Shown here one piece after another: positions 49,123 to 58,945 of a stretch of DNA of 64,000 nt (position 1 is the first letter of the stretch; each line of letters starts with the position of its first letter). The position numbers and the translations under genes are program-made. This DNA is from Alkalispirochaeta sp. (lineage in GTDB: Bacteria; Spirochaetota; Spirochaetia; DSM-27196; Alkalispirochaetaceae): positions 2,912,001 through 2,976,000 of the forward strand of contig OZ271854.1 of the NCBI GenBank assembly GCA_965601925.1, given 5' to 3'. The notes beneath the pieces were generated by a model. That model saw nothing but the letters and a program-made list of their open reading frames with translations, was not told where the DNA came from and made no database searches.

Positions 49123-50646
49123 ATGCACCGGTCCCTACCTTCGCGTCCCAACGCGGAACATCTTCGAAAGCAGGCCAAGGAACTTCTCAGGGCGCTACGT
49201 ATCGATGACGGTGATGCGCTTCATCGCGCGCGAGAGACGCTCCTCCATCTCCCGGAGCGTCCTATGCTCCGCGATGCACAGTCGGTCATCGCGCGGGAGT
49301 ACGGCTTTCCGAGCTGGAAACGACTCATCAGCCACGTAGAACGGGTCACGCTTACCGGCCTCACCGTAGCGCAGAAGGCCGAGCTCTTCTTGAAGCGGCT
49401 CACGGCCGGGGCGCACACACTCGCGCGGCGCATCCTCGATATGGAGCCGCGCGTGGCGACCGCCAACCTCTTTGCCGCTGCGGCCGCCGGTGAGGCAGCG
49501 GTCGTCACGCAATTTCTGATGCGCGATCCGACCGCCGTCCGCGCAACGGCGGGGCCGTGGCGTTGGACGCCTCTCCTCTTTGCGTGTTCCTCACCGTTTC
49601 ATCGGACGGACGCCGTCCGCGCCCGCGGTCTTCTCGAATCGGCACGGCTCCTATTGGCATCGGGCGCCGATCCCAACGCGTCCTACGTTGACCCCGACTG
49701 GCCGGACAGTCCCTTGTCCGCGCTCTTCTGCGCGATACGCATTGGGCGGAATAACGACCTTGTGCGCCTCCTGCTCGATTCGGGCGCTCTGGCGGACGAC
49801 GACGAGTCGTTGTATCACGCCGCGGAGCTCTCCGATCGTACCGCCCTCGCTCTGCTGTTGGATCGCGGTGCGGCGTGGCGCGGAACGAACGTCCTGTTAC
49901 GCGCCCTCGATTTCGAGGACTACGAGCGGGCGAAGCTCCTGTTGGAGCGCGGCGTCGACCCGAACGAGACGACGCCCAACGCTCTCCATCACGCGGTGCT
50001 GCGCGGGCGGCAACCGGCGATCCTGCAGTTATTGATTGACTACGGCGCCGATGTGACAGGACTCGACTCGCAGGGGCGTTCGCTCTATCGAGCCGCCATA
50101 CGATACGGCTCGCGCGATACGCGCCGTTTTCTGAAGGAGCTCGGCCCGGAGGTCTCTCCGCGAGAGGAGGATCTCTTTCTTGCCGCGTGCACGTCCGGGG
50201 ATACCGCCGAGGCGCTGCTCTGGAACGATCGCCGGCCCGGCATCGTCCGTCTCCTGCCGCCCGAGGATGTGGGCCTCATCGCACACGCCGCGTGGGAAGG
50301 GAACGTCGAGGCGGTGCGCACGATGGTTGCGGTGGGCTTTCCCCTCGACGCTCGCGGGGTCGACGGCGGTACGCCGCTGCACTGCGCGAGCCATCGCGGC
50401 CACCACGAGGTGGTGCGGATGCTTCTCGAGCACGGCGCTTCGGTCCTCGATCGAGGCGATGTGCATCGCAATACGCCGCTGGAGTGGGCCGTACACGGCT
50501 CGCTCAACGCCGATACACCGGGCGGCGACTATGCGGGGGTGGTCCGGGCGCTACTGGACGCCGGTTCCCCGGTTCCGAAGCGTGTATACGCCTCACCCGA
50601 CGTCGTCGAGCTCCTTGTGCAGCGCGGCGCTGAGGAGGTGGTGTAG
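49123..50646 (+). CDS. Ankyrin repeat protein
   Basis: WTPLLFA, GTPLHCA, NTPLEWA repeats; N-terminal EHLRKQAK...AREYGFPSW domain. Confidence 0.88.
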   Translation: MHRSLPSRPNAEHLRKQAKELLRALRIDDGDALHRARETLLHLPERPMLRDAQSVIAREYGFPSWKRLISHVERVTLTGLTVAQKAELFLKRLTAGAHTLARRILDMEPRVATANLFAAAAAGEAAVVTQFLMRDPTAVRATAGPWRWTPLLFACSSPFHRTDAVRARGLLESARLLLASGADPNASYVDPDWPDSPLSALFCAIRIGRNNDLVRLLLDSGALADDDESLYHAAELSDRTALALLLDRGAAWRGTNVLLRALDFEDYERAKLLLERGVDPNETTPNALHHAVLRGRQPAILQLLIDYGADVTGLDSQGRSLYRAAIRYGSRDTRRFLKELGPEVSPREEDLFLAACTSGDTAEALLWNDRRPGIVRLLPPEDVGLIAHAAWEGNVEAVRTMVAVGFPLDARGVDGGTPLHCASHRGHHEVVRMLLEHGASVLDRGDVHRNTPLEWAVHGSLNADTPGGDYAGVVRALLDAGSPVPKRVYASPDVVELLVQRGAEEVV

Positions 50647-50680
50647 CGACGATGTTGCGTCGTAGCCGGTGGTGTATTCT

Positions 50681-51025
50681 ATGGGTATGAAGCAATGGCG
50701 ATTCGGTGCGGCCGTATACGATTGTCCCTGCGTATTGACTATCGACCGTCTCCGCGGCCGATGGAAAACCAACATTCTCTGGCATATTTGGACCGGAAAC
50801 AATCGGTTCAACGCCATATGCCGGGCGTTGCCGCACGTCAATCGCGGCGTCATTGCGCGACAGATTCGTTCCATGGAACGCGATGGACTTATCCGCCGCA
50901 CGGTACTGCGGGAAAGGCCGCTGCACGTCGAATACGACCTGACCGCCCTGGGGTGCTCGTTGTCGCCGATCGTCGCGTCTCTCGCCGAATGGGGCGTCTC
51001 TCACGGCGAAACGGTCGCGCGGTGA
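50681..51025 (+). CDS. HxlR family winged-helix regulator
   Basis: CP......GRWKTNILW...MERDGLIRR...VEYDLT. Confidence 0.88.
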   Translation: MGMKQWRFGAAVYDCPCVLTIDRLRGRWKTNILWHIWTGNNRFNAICRALPHVNRGVIARQIRSMERDGLIRRTVLRERPLHVEYDLTALGCSLSPIVASLAEWGVSHGETVAR

Positions 51026-51044
51026 GGCAGACAGGCCACCGATA

Positions 51045-51314
51045 TCAGGACAACGGCGACGTACGCCGCGGCCTCCAGGCCATGTTCATATACACATCCC
51101 CCATGCGCAACTCGTCGAGCATCTGCGCGAGACGCTTCTGCTTCGTCTCAAGTCGCTTGGCGCGACGGATCCAGCTCAAATAGTCGTTTTGTTGATACGC
51201 AGGGCGACGCCGGTACGTGTCCAGGAGCTCCGCCTCGGTAAGGGCATCCCTCACAAACGGCGGCATCGCTTCGACGACTCGTTCTAAACGCGAAAAATCG
51301 GGTTGCGGCATCAT
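51045..51314 (-). CDS. YdeI/OmpD-associated family protein
   Basis: RPAYQQNDYLSWIRRAKRLETKQKRLAQMLDEL. Confidence 0.85.
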   Translation of the reverse strand: MMPQPDFSRLERVVEAMPPFVRDALTEAELLDTYRRRPAYQQNDYLSWIRRAKRLETKQKRLAQMLDELRMGDVYMNMAWRPRRTSPLS

Positions 51315-51455
51315 ATCCCCCTCAACGGTACACGATAGTTTCGTTTGTGCCGCTTGTACAGAAGTCACATTTCGACAACCGGCGTCGGCATCCCCTCGTC
51401 GGAGCCGAGACGGACGGATCGCGTATCGGTCATCGAGGAGGAGAGAAAAATGGCC

Positions 51456-51490
51456 TTGACAATATTTGCTTAAGCAATTATTAATTATGT
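51456..51490 (+). promoter_or_regulatory. Promoter (TTGACA) with MarR-type palindrome
   Basis: TTGACA at 51456; perfect TTGCTTAAGCAA at 51466-51477 just before marR. Confidence 0.75.
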
Positions 51491-51491
51491 A

Positions 51492-51983
51492 ATGAACCAT
51501 GAGCGTGTCTTTTACGAGACCGACGATTTGGAAAAGGCGCTGGCGTATCGTATTCATCGCTCGGCGCGCGTGTTGCGACTGCATCTCAGCCGTTTTTTGG
51601 CTCTTCACGGGCTCGATATCAGTCAGGAGCAGTACTTCGTTCTGTTCAAGGTGCGGGCAAAGCCGGGGAGCAGTCAGGTCGATCTGGCCGATGAGGTGCT
51701 CTCCGATCACCCCAACGTGACACGGCTCGTCGATTCTCTGGTGATGCGAGGATATCTCGAGCGAAGAGCCGACCCACGGGACCGGCGACGCCACGCCGTG
51801 TTCCTCACCGACCGCGGCGTCGAGCTGATGAATCGGCTCATACCGGCCGTGGTCGAGGCGCGTCGCGCGCTCTATGACGGAATACCTCCCGCCGACCTCC
51901 GCGTCTTCGTTCGCGTTCTATCGACTATCGAGCGCCACGCGACCAAAAACACCTCCTCTGATAATGGAAAGGAGCGGTCATGA
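51492..51983 (+). CDS. MarR family regulator
   Basis: VTRLVDSLVMRGYLER..DPRDRR....LTDRG. Confidence 0.92.
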   Translation: MNHERVFYETDDLEKALAYRIHRSARVLRLHLSRFLALHGLDISQEQYFVLFKVRAKPGSSQVDLADEVLSDHPNVTRLVDSLVMRGYLERRADPRDRRRHAVFLTDRGVELMNRLIPAVVEARRALYDGIPPADLRVFVRVLSTIERHATKNTSSDNGKERS

Positions 51984-52675
51984 ACACGAGCATCGGAATG
52001 GTACGATTTGACGCACCGGCGACGATTCCGGTAGAGCGTCTTCGTATTCGATACGACCGCGAGGCGGTCAGTTGGGACCGCACGCTGGAGCGAATCGGCT
52101 TCCACGAGACGTATCGCCGACTCCTCGCCGGCCAGCGGTGGCCGACGGTTATCGGCCGCGACGTGCGCGTCCTGGATGTGGGGATCGGCACCGGCTCCGC
52201 GTCGGCGGCCCTTGTCGAGGCGATCCGCCGCACGGGAGGAGCCGTCTGGCGCGTCACCGGCGTCGATATCTCGCCGGAAATGTTACGCGTTGCCGCGCGC
52301 AACCTCGCCCGGGAGGACACCCATTTGGACGGCGTCGACGGCTCGGCGGAGTGTCTACCGTTTCCCGACGCGACCTTTGATATCGTCGTTGCCGCCCACG
52401 TCATCGAGCACGTGGCGCGTCCGCTCAGGGCATTGGCCGAGATCGAGCGCGTCTTGCGTCCCGGCGGATGCGCGGTCCTGATGTTGACTCGATGCGGCCC
52501 GGCGACCGTCGGCATCGAGAGACGATGGTCTATTCAGTGTGCGCGGTCGCGTAAGCTGGAGGCGGTGTTGCGCGACTTCGGTATGGGGCCGATACGTACC
52601 GCTTCGTACCCCGGTACATTCATCGGTAATCTTATCAGTTTCTGTCGGATCGCCGAGAAGCCGCCGCGGAGGTAA
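51980..52675 (+). CDS. Class I SAM-dependent methyltransferase
   Basis: VLDVGIGTG, GVDISPEML, LPFPDATFD, LRPGG. Confidence 0.9.
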   Translation: MNTSIGMVRFDAPATIPVERLRIRYDREAVSWDRTLERIGFHETYRRLLAGQRWPTVIGRDVRVLDVGIGTGSASAALVEAIRRTGGAVWRVTGVDISPEMLRVAARNLAREDTHLDGVDGSAECLPFPDATFDIVVAAHVIEHVARPLRALAEIERVLRPGGCAVLMLTRCGPATVGIERRWSIQCARSRKLEAVLRDFGMGPIRTASYPGTFIGNLISFCRIAEKPPRR

Positions 52676-52679
52676 CGGC

Positions 52680-53198
52680 ATGAAGATGAATCGTCGTACG
52701 CGCCCGCGCTTAGCGATTGCGCTGGCGGTGGGACTCTTCGGAGCGGGGCACGAGGCCGTGGGCGCCAACCCGATCGATGTCGGCGGAATGCACATCGCCT
52801 GGAGCCACGGCAACGGCGCGATCACATTCGACGTAAACGCCCCAACGACCGGCTGGGTCGCCGTCGGGTTTAACGAAACCGACTCGATCGTCGGAGCCGA
52901 CTTGGTATTGATGCGTATCGTCGATGGTAAGGTCGAGGTACAGAATAGCTTCGTCGTCGCTGCGGGCGATTACAGACCGGTGGGTGAGGTTGGGGGCGTC
53001 TCAATCGTCTTGAGTACTGAGGGTGGGCTGTCGGACGGGCGTATCGCGATGCGCGTGGTTCTCGATACGCGCGGCGCGGCGCCGCACCACTACGCGTTGG
53101 GTCCCGGGAGCGAGATCGTTCTGATCGCCGCCTACAGCGTTTCGCCCGATTTCCGGCACCATTCCCGGATGCGACGCCACGTCAGAGTACGGTTGTAA
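52680..53198 (+). CDS. Exported DOMON-domain protein
   Basis: Signal peptide; APTTGWVAVGFN...GAD; HHS. Confidence 0.75.
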   Translation: MKMNRRTRPRLAIALAVGLFGAGHEAVGANPIDVGGMHIAWSHGNGAITFDVNAPTTGWVAVGFNETDSIVGADLVLMRIVDGKVEVQNSFVVAAGDYRPVGEVGGVSIVLSTEGGLSDGRIAMRVVLDTRGAAPHHYALGPGSEIVLIAAYSVSPDFRHHSRMRRHVRVRL

Positions 53199-53222
53199 GG
53201 CCGTCCCGACTCCCCGTTCAGT

Positions 53223-53819
53223 CTACAGCACGACAAACGCGCCCGATGCCGCGGTCACGAGTCCAAGTGTCCACCGCAGCGGCCGTGCAAAGGGTCCTGA
53301 GTTCAACAACCGGCCCAACGCCGATCCGAACATTGCCCACAACGATACGGATATCGGCATGATGATGAGGAATACCGCGGAAACCGTCGCCGCCGTCTCG
53401 ATGTATTGGTCTCCTTCCGCCGTGTACACACTCATCGCCGTGAGTGTCGCGATCCACGCTTTCGGATTCAGATATTGAAACAGGGCACCTTCGATCCAGG
53501 AGATCGGTTTCGTCGGCCCGCCGTCGTCGCCGACCGCCCGTCCTCCAAAGGCGATTCGGTAGGCGAGATAGAGGAGATACGTCACACCGACAACCCGCAG
53601 GACCGTCTGAAGCACCGGGATACCGGTAAATAGGACGCCCAAACCGGCGGCGCTCAAAAAGAGTTGTGTTTGGATTCCGAGAACCATGCCGACGATAGTC
53701 TGTCTCGTACGGTTGAAGCCGAACGTCGCTCCCGACGCCGTAAGGAGCATGTTATTGGGGCCGGGCGTTGCGGTCATAGACAGCGCGAACAAAACGACGG
53801 GAAACACGGTGTTGAGCAT
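53223..53819 (-). CDS. LysE family translocator
   Basis: TPGPNN, LNPKAW. Confidence 0.92.
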   Translation of the reverse strand: MLNTVFPVVLFALSMTATPGPNNMLLTASGATFGFNRTRQTIVGMVLGIQTQLFLSAAGLGVLFTGIPVLQTVLRVVGVTYLLYLAYRIAFGGRAVGDDGGPTKPISWIEGALFQYLNPKAWIATLTAMSVYTAEGDQYIETAATVSAVFLIIMPISVSLWAMFGSALGRLLNSGPFARPLRWTLGLVTAASGAFVVL

Positions 53820-53859
53820 ATCTCCTCCTCCGTCAAGAGCGTATCAAAGACGAAACATG

Positions 53860-53910
53860 CATAACAGATACAAAAATATACGCGCTTGACCATAACAGTT
53901 TTATACTGTC
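53860..53910. promoter_or_regulatory. Putative MocR-family binding repeats
   Basis: CATAACAG at 53860 and 53891 plus inverted ACTGT at 53905, between divergent lysE and mocR. Confidence 0.6.
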
Positions 53911-53914
53911 TCGC

Positions 53915-55351
53915 ATGAGCGAAGCACACCGCGGTCCGATGTACCGACGAATTGCGATGCATATCGAACGCGCTATCGAGGATGGGCGGCTTTCACCGGG
54001 CGATCGTATGCCGTCGTTGCGCCGCATGAGCCTACAGTTCAACTGTTCGGTGTCGACGGTCATCCAAGCGTACGAAGTACTCGAGATGTCGGGCCGGATC
54101 TATCCGGTCGAGCGGTCGGGGTTCTTTGTCGGTACGGTGCGGAAACCGCATGCGGTGGAACATCCGTCGCCGAGAACGACGCCGCCCGGCTCCGAGGTCG
54201 TTCCGCTCTCCACCATCGGCCGGATCGTCGAAGCGAGTAACGATCGATCGATCGTCTCTCTCGGTGCCGGCCTCCCGGCCCCGTCGATGCTACCTCTGAA
54301 GGATATCGTGCGACATACGACTCGTGTCGCAAAGGAGAGACCGTCCGTGCTCCACTCCTACGGCAAGGTAGCCGGTAGCGAAGCTCTACGAACCGAGGTC
54401 GCCAGGCTTCTATCGGAGCGAAACGTCTTTCTTCGCGCCGACGATTTAATCGTTACGAACGGTTGTATCGAAGCGTTGAGTATCGCAATTCAGATCACGA
54501 CACGACCGAGCGACGCGATTGCCGTCGAGGAGCCGGTGTTCCTCGGCATCCTGCAACTCCTTCGCGAGTTGGGGCGGCGCGCCGTTACCATACCCACATC
54601 GCCGTACGACGGCATCAATCTCGATCGGTTGGAGGAGATCGTCCACGGTCGTTCCGTGAAGGCGGTTATCCTGACGGCGATTTTTCAGAATCCGACCGGT
54701 TTCGTCGTGCCGGTACGGAATCGAAAAAGGGCCGTTGAGATATGCGAACAAAGCGGCGTCCCGCTCATCGAGGACGACGTATACGGGGAACTCTCCTTCG
54801 ACGGAGATACCGAGTATCCCCTGAAGAGCTTTGACGGTGCGGGCAATGTGCTCTTCTGTTCCTCCGTGTCCAAGACGCTCGGTCCCGGGAACCGACTCGG
54901 GTGGCTTGCGGCGGGGCGTTATACCGGTGCCGCGCGAGCCCTGAAAGTCGCCACGAGCCTCGGTGAGAGCTCACTCCTGCAGGAGGGACTCGCCGCCTAC
55001 TTTGCGACGGCAAAGTATCGGAAACACATCGCGTCGGTCGGTCGCGTATTGCAACGGCACGCATTTCGGCTGATCGACGCGGTCGAGCGCCATTTCCCGG
55101 AGCCGACGAAGACGACGCGGCCGACCGGCGGCTACTATCTCTGGGTTCAACTTCCCGGTCATGTCGACTCCGTTCGCCTTTTTGAAGATGCGCTGCGCCA
55201 CCGAATCGGCATCGTCCCGGGACCCGCCTTCAGTCGCGACGGCGCTTTTAGAAACTATGTTCGTCTCTCTTTCGGAATGCCCATCGATGAGCGCGTGACC
55301 GAGGCAGTTGCTCAACTGGGTCATCTGTGCGAGCGGCAACTATCGCCGTGA
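53915..55351 (+). CDS. MocR/GntR PLP-dependent regulator
   Basis: wHTH PSLRRMS; FQNPTG, IEDDVY, SVSKTL..GNRLGW. Confidence 0.93.
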   Translation: MSEAHRGPMYRRIAMHIERAIEDGRLSPGDRMPSLRRMSLQFNCSVSTVIQAYEVLEMSGRIYPVERSGFFVGTVRKPHAVEHPSPRTTPPGSEVVPLSTIGRIVEASNDRSIVSLGAGLPAPSMLPLKDIVRHTTRVAKERPSVLHSYGKVAGSEALRTEVARLLSERNVFLRADDLIVTNGCIEALSIAIQITTRPSDAIAVEEPVFLGILQLLRELGRRAVTIPTSPYDGINLDRLEEIVHGRSVKAVILTAIFQNPTGFVVPVRNRKRAVEICEQSGVPLIEDDVYGELSFDGDTEYPLKSFDGAGNVLFCSSVSKTLGPGNRLGWLAAGRYTGAARALKVATSLGESSLLQEGLAAYFATAKYRKHIASVGRVLQRHAFRLIDAVERHFPEPTKTTRPTGGYYLWVQLPGHVDSVRLFEDALRHRIGIVPGPAFSRDGAFRNYVRLSFGMPIDERVTEAVAQLGHLCERQLSP

Positions 55352-55365
55352 ATCGGTCCCGCGCC

Positions 55366-56019
55366 TTATGTCGATGAATCCTCTTCGAGGTCGACCGCGC
55401 CTTCGTAGGATCCGACGATCGACTCGCCGTCCTCAGTCAGGAGTGTCCACGAGAAGGTATAGCGTCCGGCGGACTCCGCGACCGTTACCGTTCCGCCGGT
55501 GATACGTTGGTACTCCCCGATGTCGGGCGTCCGGACTTCGTCGTACAGTGAGTTGAGTTGCGGGCGAGAGAGATTGGTTCCGACGTAGTCGAACCTGAGC
55601 TCCTGAACCGTAGCGCCGTCAAGCGTTACCGATATTCCTCGAATAATCCGAACCGTGAGGACGTTGCCCGGTGAAGCCGCGCCCGCGGCCGCCGCATCCG
55701 CGGCCACCTCGTACGTTCCCGCCTCAATGGCGGCGTCAGCGGTCGTGTCGTAGAACTCCGCGAGAAAAACCGGGCTAAGCCCACTCTCGTAGCTCGCCGC
55801 ATCGGCGGCGAGCGTCAGATCCGTCTGATAACCCGTGCCGCTTGCACCGAAATAGCCGAACACCATGTATCCGTACACCGCACCGGTGCCCGCACTCCCG
55901 GCTCCCCCCGTCGACTCATCGTCATCGTCCCCGAATAGTGAGCAACCCGCCGCCATTATCACGATCAGGAGCCCGAGCACCGCCGTGCTACGGTTTCGCT
56001 TCATTATGCTTTTCCTCAT
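55366..56019 (-). CDS. Hypothetical lipoprotein
   Basis: Lipobox MAAG-C followed by an acidic/Gly linker. Confidence 0.72.
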   Translation of the reverse strand: MRKSIMKRNRSTAVLGLLIVIMAAGCSLFGDDDDESTGGAGSAGTGAVYGYMVFGYFGASGTGYQTDLTLAADAASYESGLSPVFLAEFYDTTADAAIEAGTYEVAADAAAAGAASPGNVLTVRIIRGISVTLDGATVQELRFDYVGTNLSRPQLNSLYDEVRTPDIGEYQRITGGTVTVAESAGRYTFSWTLLTEDGESIVGSYEGAVDLEEDSST

Positions 56020-56098
56020 GTAACGTTGGATAACGTACCGGCAAGAATAGCAAAATATGGATGATTATGTCTATGAAAACCGGTTCTCGGCGATGTTT

Positions 56099-57058
56099 CT
56101 ATGAACTCATCGAGGCGTAGTCGATATCGACCCAATCGTCTCGGGCGCCGGCCGCGTTAACGTATTCGAGTATGACGGTCGATTTGCGTCCCTCTCGGCC
56201 GTCACACAGCAGAGTCGCACCGCGCAAAAGATGAGCAACCATGTTTTCGACTAAGCCCCAATGGGTCCACGGCAGGGACGACACTCGTATGTGCTTCACC
56301 TCGCCGTCGCGAGTTATCGCGATTCTACCGCCCTTTAGGTCGTCGACGTCCGCAGTGCCCGACGCACCTTCGATCCGTATCGTCTCGGGGAGGCCCGTCT
56401 CCGTCCATTGCTCGCTCATGGTGACCGTCGCACCCTCGGCGGTCTGCAGGTAGAGACGCGGCATCATTTGCTCAAAGCGGTATCCCCCGTCGTCGCGCTT
56501 CGCCTCGCACTTCAGCCGCGCGATGTCTCCCACGAGGAAGTGTACGAGATCGATACGATGGCTCGTGGGAAACTCCGAGTTTACGGACATCGAGCGCACG
56601 GCACCGATCTCACCGGTTTCGATGATCTCCTTTAGCTTTGTTACGGCCGGGTAGCCGCGCCGGTAGTAAGCGACCGCCAGCGTGCGGTGTGCCGTCCTTG
56701 CCGCCTCAATCATGCGGTCGCAATCGACGACCGAGAGAGCCATGGGCTTCTCTACCAAGACGTGTTTTCCCGCCTCAAGGGCGCGGATCGCGTGTTCGGC
56801 GTGTAGGGCGTGGGGAGATGCGACGTATATCGCATCGAGCGAGGGATCTTCGAGCATTGCGTCCAGGTCCGCGACGTAGCGGCCGTGTCCGTGGCGACGC
56901 ACGAAATCCTCGCCGGCGACGCGATCTCTGCGATGGATCGCTCGGAGTGCCGAGCCCGCAACGCGATAGAGCGGGGGGCCGCTCTTGCGCTCACATACGT
57001 CTCCGGCGCCGATCACGCCCCACGATACGATGCCTATCTCATGCGTCCGCGTGTTCAT
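56099..57058 (-). CDS. Gfo/Idh/MocA oxidoreductase
   Basis: WGVIGAGDVCERKSGP, KHVLVEKPMA, VAYYRR. Confidence 0.9.
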   Translation of the reverse strand: MNTRTHEIGIVSWGVIGAGDVCERKSGPPLYRVAGSALRAIHRRDRVAGEDFVRRHGHGRYVADLDAMLEDPSLDAIYVASPHALHAEHAIRALEAGKHVLVEKPMALSVVDCDRMIEAARTAHRTLAVAYYRRGYPAVTKLKEIIETGEIGAVRSMSVNSEFPTSHRIDLVHFLVGDIARLKCEAKRDDGGYRFEQMMPRLYLQTAEGATVTMSEQWTETGLPETIRIEGASGTADVDDLKGGRIAITRDGEVKHIRVSSLPWTHWGLVENMVAHLLRGATLLCDGREGRKSTVILEYVNAAGARDDWVDIDYASMSS

Positions 57059-57135
57059 GCCGTATTGTAGCACAGTTCGGCGTTCTCTATCGATATTGAC
57101 CTATTTCAGAATGGAAATGTAGTATAGTTCAGGTA

Positions 57136-58518
57136 ATGGCGGTCTTTGCATTCATTCAACATCGGCTGGGTCGAACCGACGGCGTCTCCCTCGAGGTAGA
57201 CAAATGGCGCGTCGTTTTGGAGCGTCGCGGGCATACGGTGCATTATATCGCCGGGAACGATGATGTACCGGGCGGACACTGTATCCCTGAGCTGTATCCC
57301 TTTCATCCGGTTACTCAGAAGATCATATACAACGCGACGCGCGCGTTGACCGACTATGAGACGCCGGCGGACCTGATCGTCGAGGTCGAGGAGCACAGCG
57401 CGCGAATACGTCCCCAAATCGAGGAGGCGTTGGACCGCCTATCGGTCGATGTCGTCATTCCCAACAATCTTTTGAGCGTCGGATACAACCTTCCCGGGAT
57501 GCTGGCCCTCTCGCGGGTGATCGACGAGCGCAAGATCCCCACCATTTGCCATAACCACGACTTCTGGTGGGAGGACTCCGGCGAGGTCTATCCCACCTGT
57601 GACGAGGTCATACAGCTGTACCGTCGGCACGCGCCGCCCGACTATCCGTGGATACGTCACGTAACGATCAACCGTATCGGGCAACGAGCGCTCCTGGAGG
57701 AGCGCGGTATATCCTCAACAGTCGTGCCGAACGTCTTCGACTTTTCACAGGCGTCGTGGGAGCGCGACGGATACAACGAGGACTTTCGCGCGCAACTCGG
57801 GATCGGCTCCAACGATATCGTGGCGCTGCAAGCGACGAGGGTGCTCGACCGCAAAGCGATCGAGCTCGCCATCGACGTCGTTGCGACGCTCTCGAAGCCG
57901 GCGTTCCGCGCGCGGCTGGAGGGGAAGCTCTACGACGGTCGAACCTTCGGGCCCGAGGACGATATCGTGCTGATATGCGCCGGCTACGTCGAGGGAATCG
58001 GACTGACCTCCTCGTATCCGTCGCACTTGGCCGCGTACGCCGCCGAATGCGGCGTCCGATTGGTATGGGCGGGCGAACGGGTAAAACACTCCCGCGGGAC
58101 TGCGGACGACGGAGCCAAGATTTACTCCCTGTGGGACAGCTACGTCGCGGCCGATTTCGTAACGTATCCCAGCGTTTGGGAAGGGTGGGGCAATCAGTTC
58201 ATCGAGGCGGTCTTCGCTCGGTTACCGGTGGTGCTGTTCGAGTATCCGGTGTGGCGGAGCGACCTCGCGAACGTCGGGTTCGACGTCGCTTCGTTGGGAG
58301 ATCGAATCGTGGGCCGCGACGCGCGCGGTTTGGTTCGGTGTGATCCCCGTCGACTGGATGAGGCGGCCCGACTGATCGTCGAGTATCTGCGCGATTCCCA
58401 CCGGCGTCGACGCGCGGTAGACACGAACTTCGCACTCGCCCGCGCCGCGTTCTCCTACGAGGCGCTGGCTCGCATGGTTCCGCCGTTGGTCGAGGCCGTC
58501 GGGGTTATCGATGGATAG
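57136..58518 (+). CDS. GT4 glycosyltransferase, mannosylglucosylglycerate-synthase-like
   Basis: TDGVSLEVDKW, HHDF-like HNHDFWWE, QATRVLDRKAIE, TYPSVWEGWGNQFIEA. Confidence 0.85.
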   Translation: MAVFAFIQHRLGRTDGVSLEVDKWRVVLERRGHTVHYIAGNDDVPGGHCIPELYPFHPVTQKIIYNATRALTDYETPADLIVEVEEHSARIRPQIEEALDRLSVDVVIPNNLLSVGYNLPGMLALSRVIDERKIPTICHNHDFWWEDSGEVYPTCDEVIQLYRRHAPPDYPWIRHVTINRIGQRALLEERGISSTVVPNVFDFSQASWERDGYNEDFRAQLGIGSNDIVALQATRVLDRKAIELAIDVVATLSKPAFRARLEGKLYDGRTFGPEDDIVLICAGYVEGIGLTSSYPSHLAAYAAECGVRLVWAGERVKHSRGTADDGAKIYSLWDSYVAADFVTYPSVWEGWGNQFIEAVFARLPVVLFEYPVWRSDLANVGFDVASLGDRIVGRDARGLVRCDPRRLDEAARLIVEYLRDSHRRRRAVDTNFALARAAFSYEALARMVPPLVEAVGVIDG

Positions 58519-58945
58519 AGAGGCGATCGCGAGTGTGCGAGTGCTCGACCCGGTCGAGCCGACCGAGCGATCCTTCGCCCCCTTCGGGCGCGTCCTGGAG
58601 TCGCTCACCCCGGGATTCGTCTCGCTGTTCACCGTATCGAACGCGACCGGTTGGCAGGTGGCCGTCAACACGGTGGTGGAGGACATCGTCGCGTCGGTCC
58701 ATCGCCATCCCGCCACGCACGAATGCTTCGCGCCCCTGACCGGGCGTGTCGTAATGCTTGTCGCACCTGCCGACGATCCCGAGGCGCTCCAGGCGTTCCT
58801 CCTCACCAAGGCGGTGTGTATCTTCCCGGGGGTGTGGCACTCCGCCGTAGCCCCCGTCGGTACCGGGCAGCTGTTTATCTGCGAAGACGCGATTGTTGCC
58901 GGCGAGGAGATTCAGCTCGCGCGTCCGGTGCGGGTGCGGCGGTAG
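58511..58945 (+). CDS. Ureidoglycolate-lyase-like cupin
   Basis: FAPFG, HRHP...ECF.P, PGVWH. Confidence 0.7.
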   Translation: MDREAIASVRVLDPVEPTERSFAPFGRVLESLTPGFVSLFTVSNATGWQVAVNTVVEDIVASVHRHPATHECFAPLTGRVVMLVAPADDPEALQAFLLTKAVCIFPGVWHSAVAPVGTGQLFICEDAIVAGEEIQLARPVRVRR

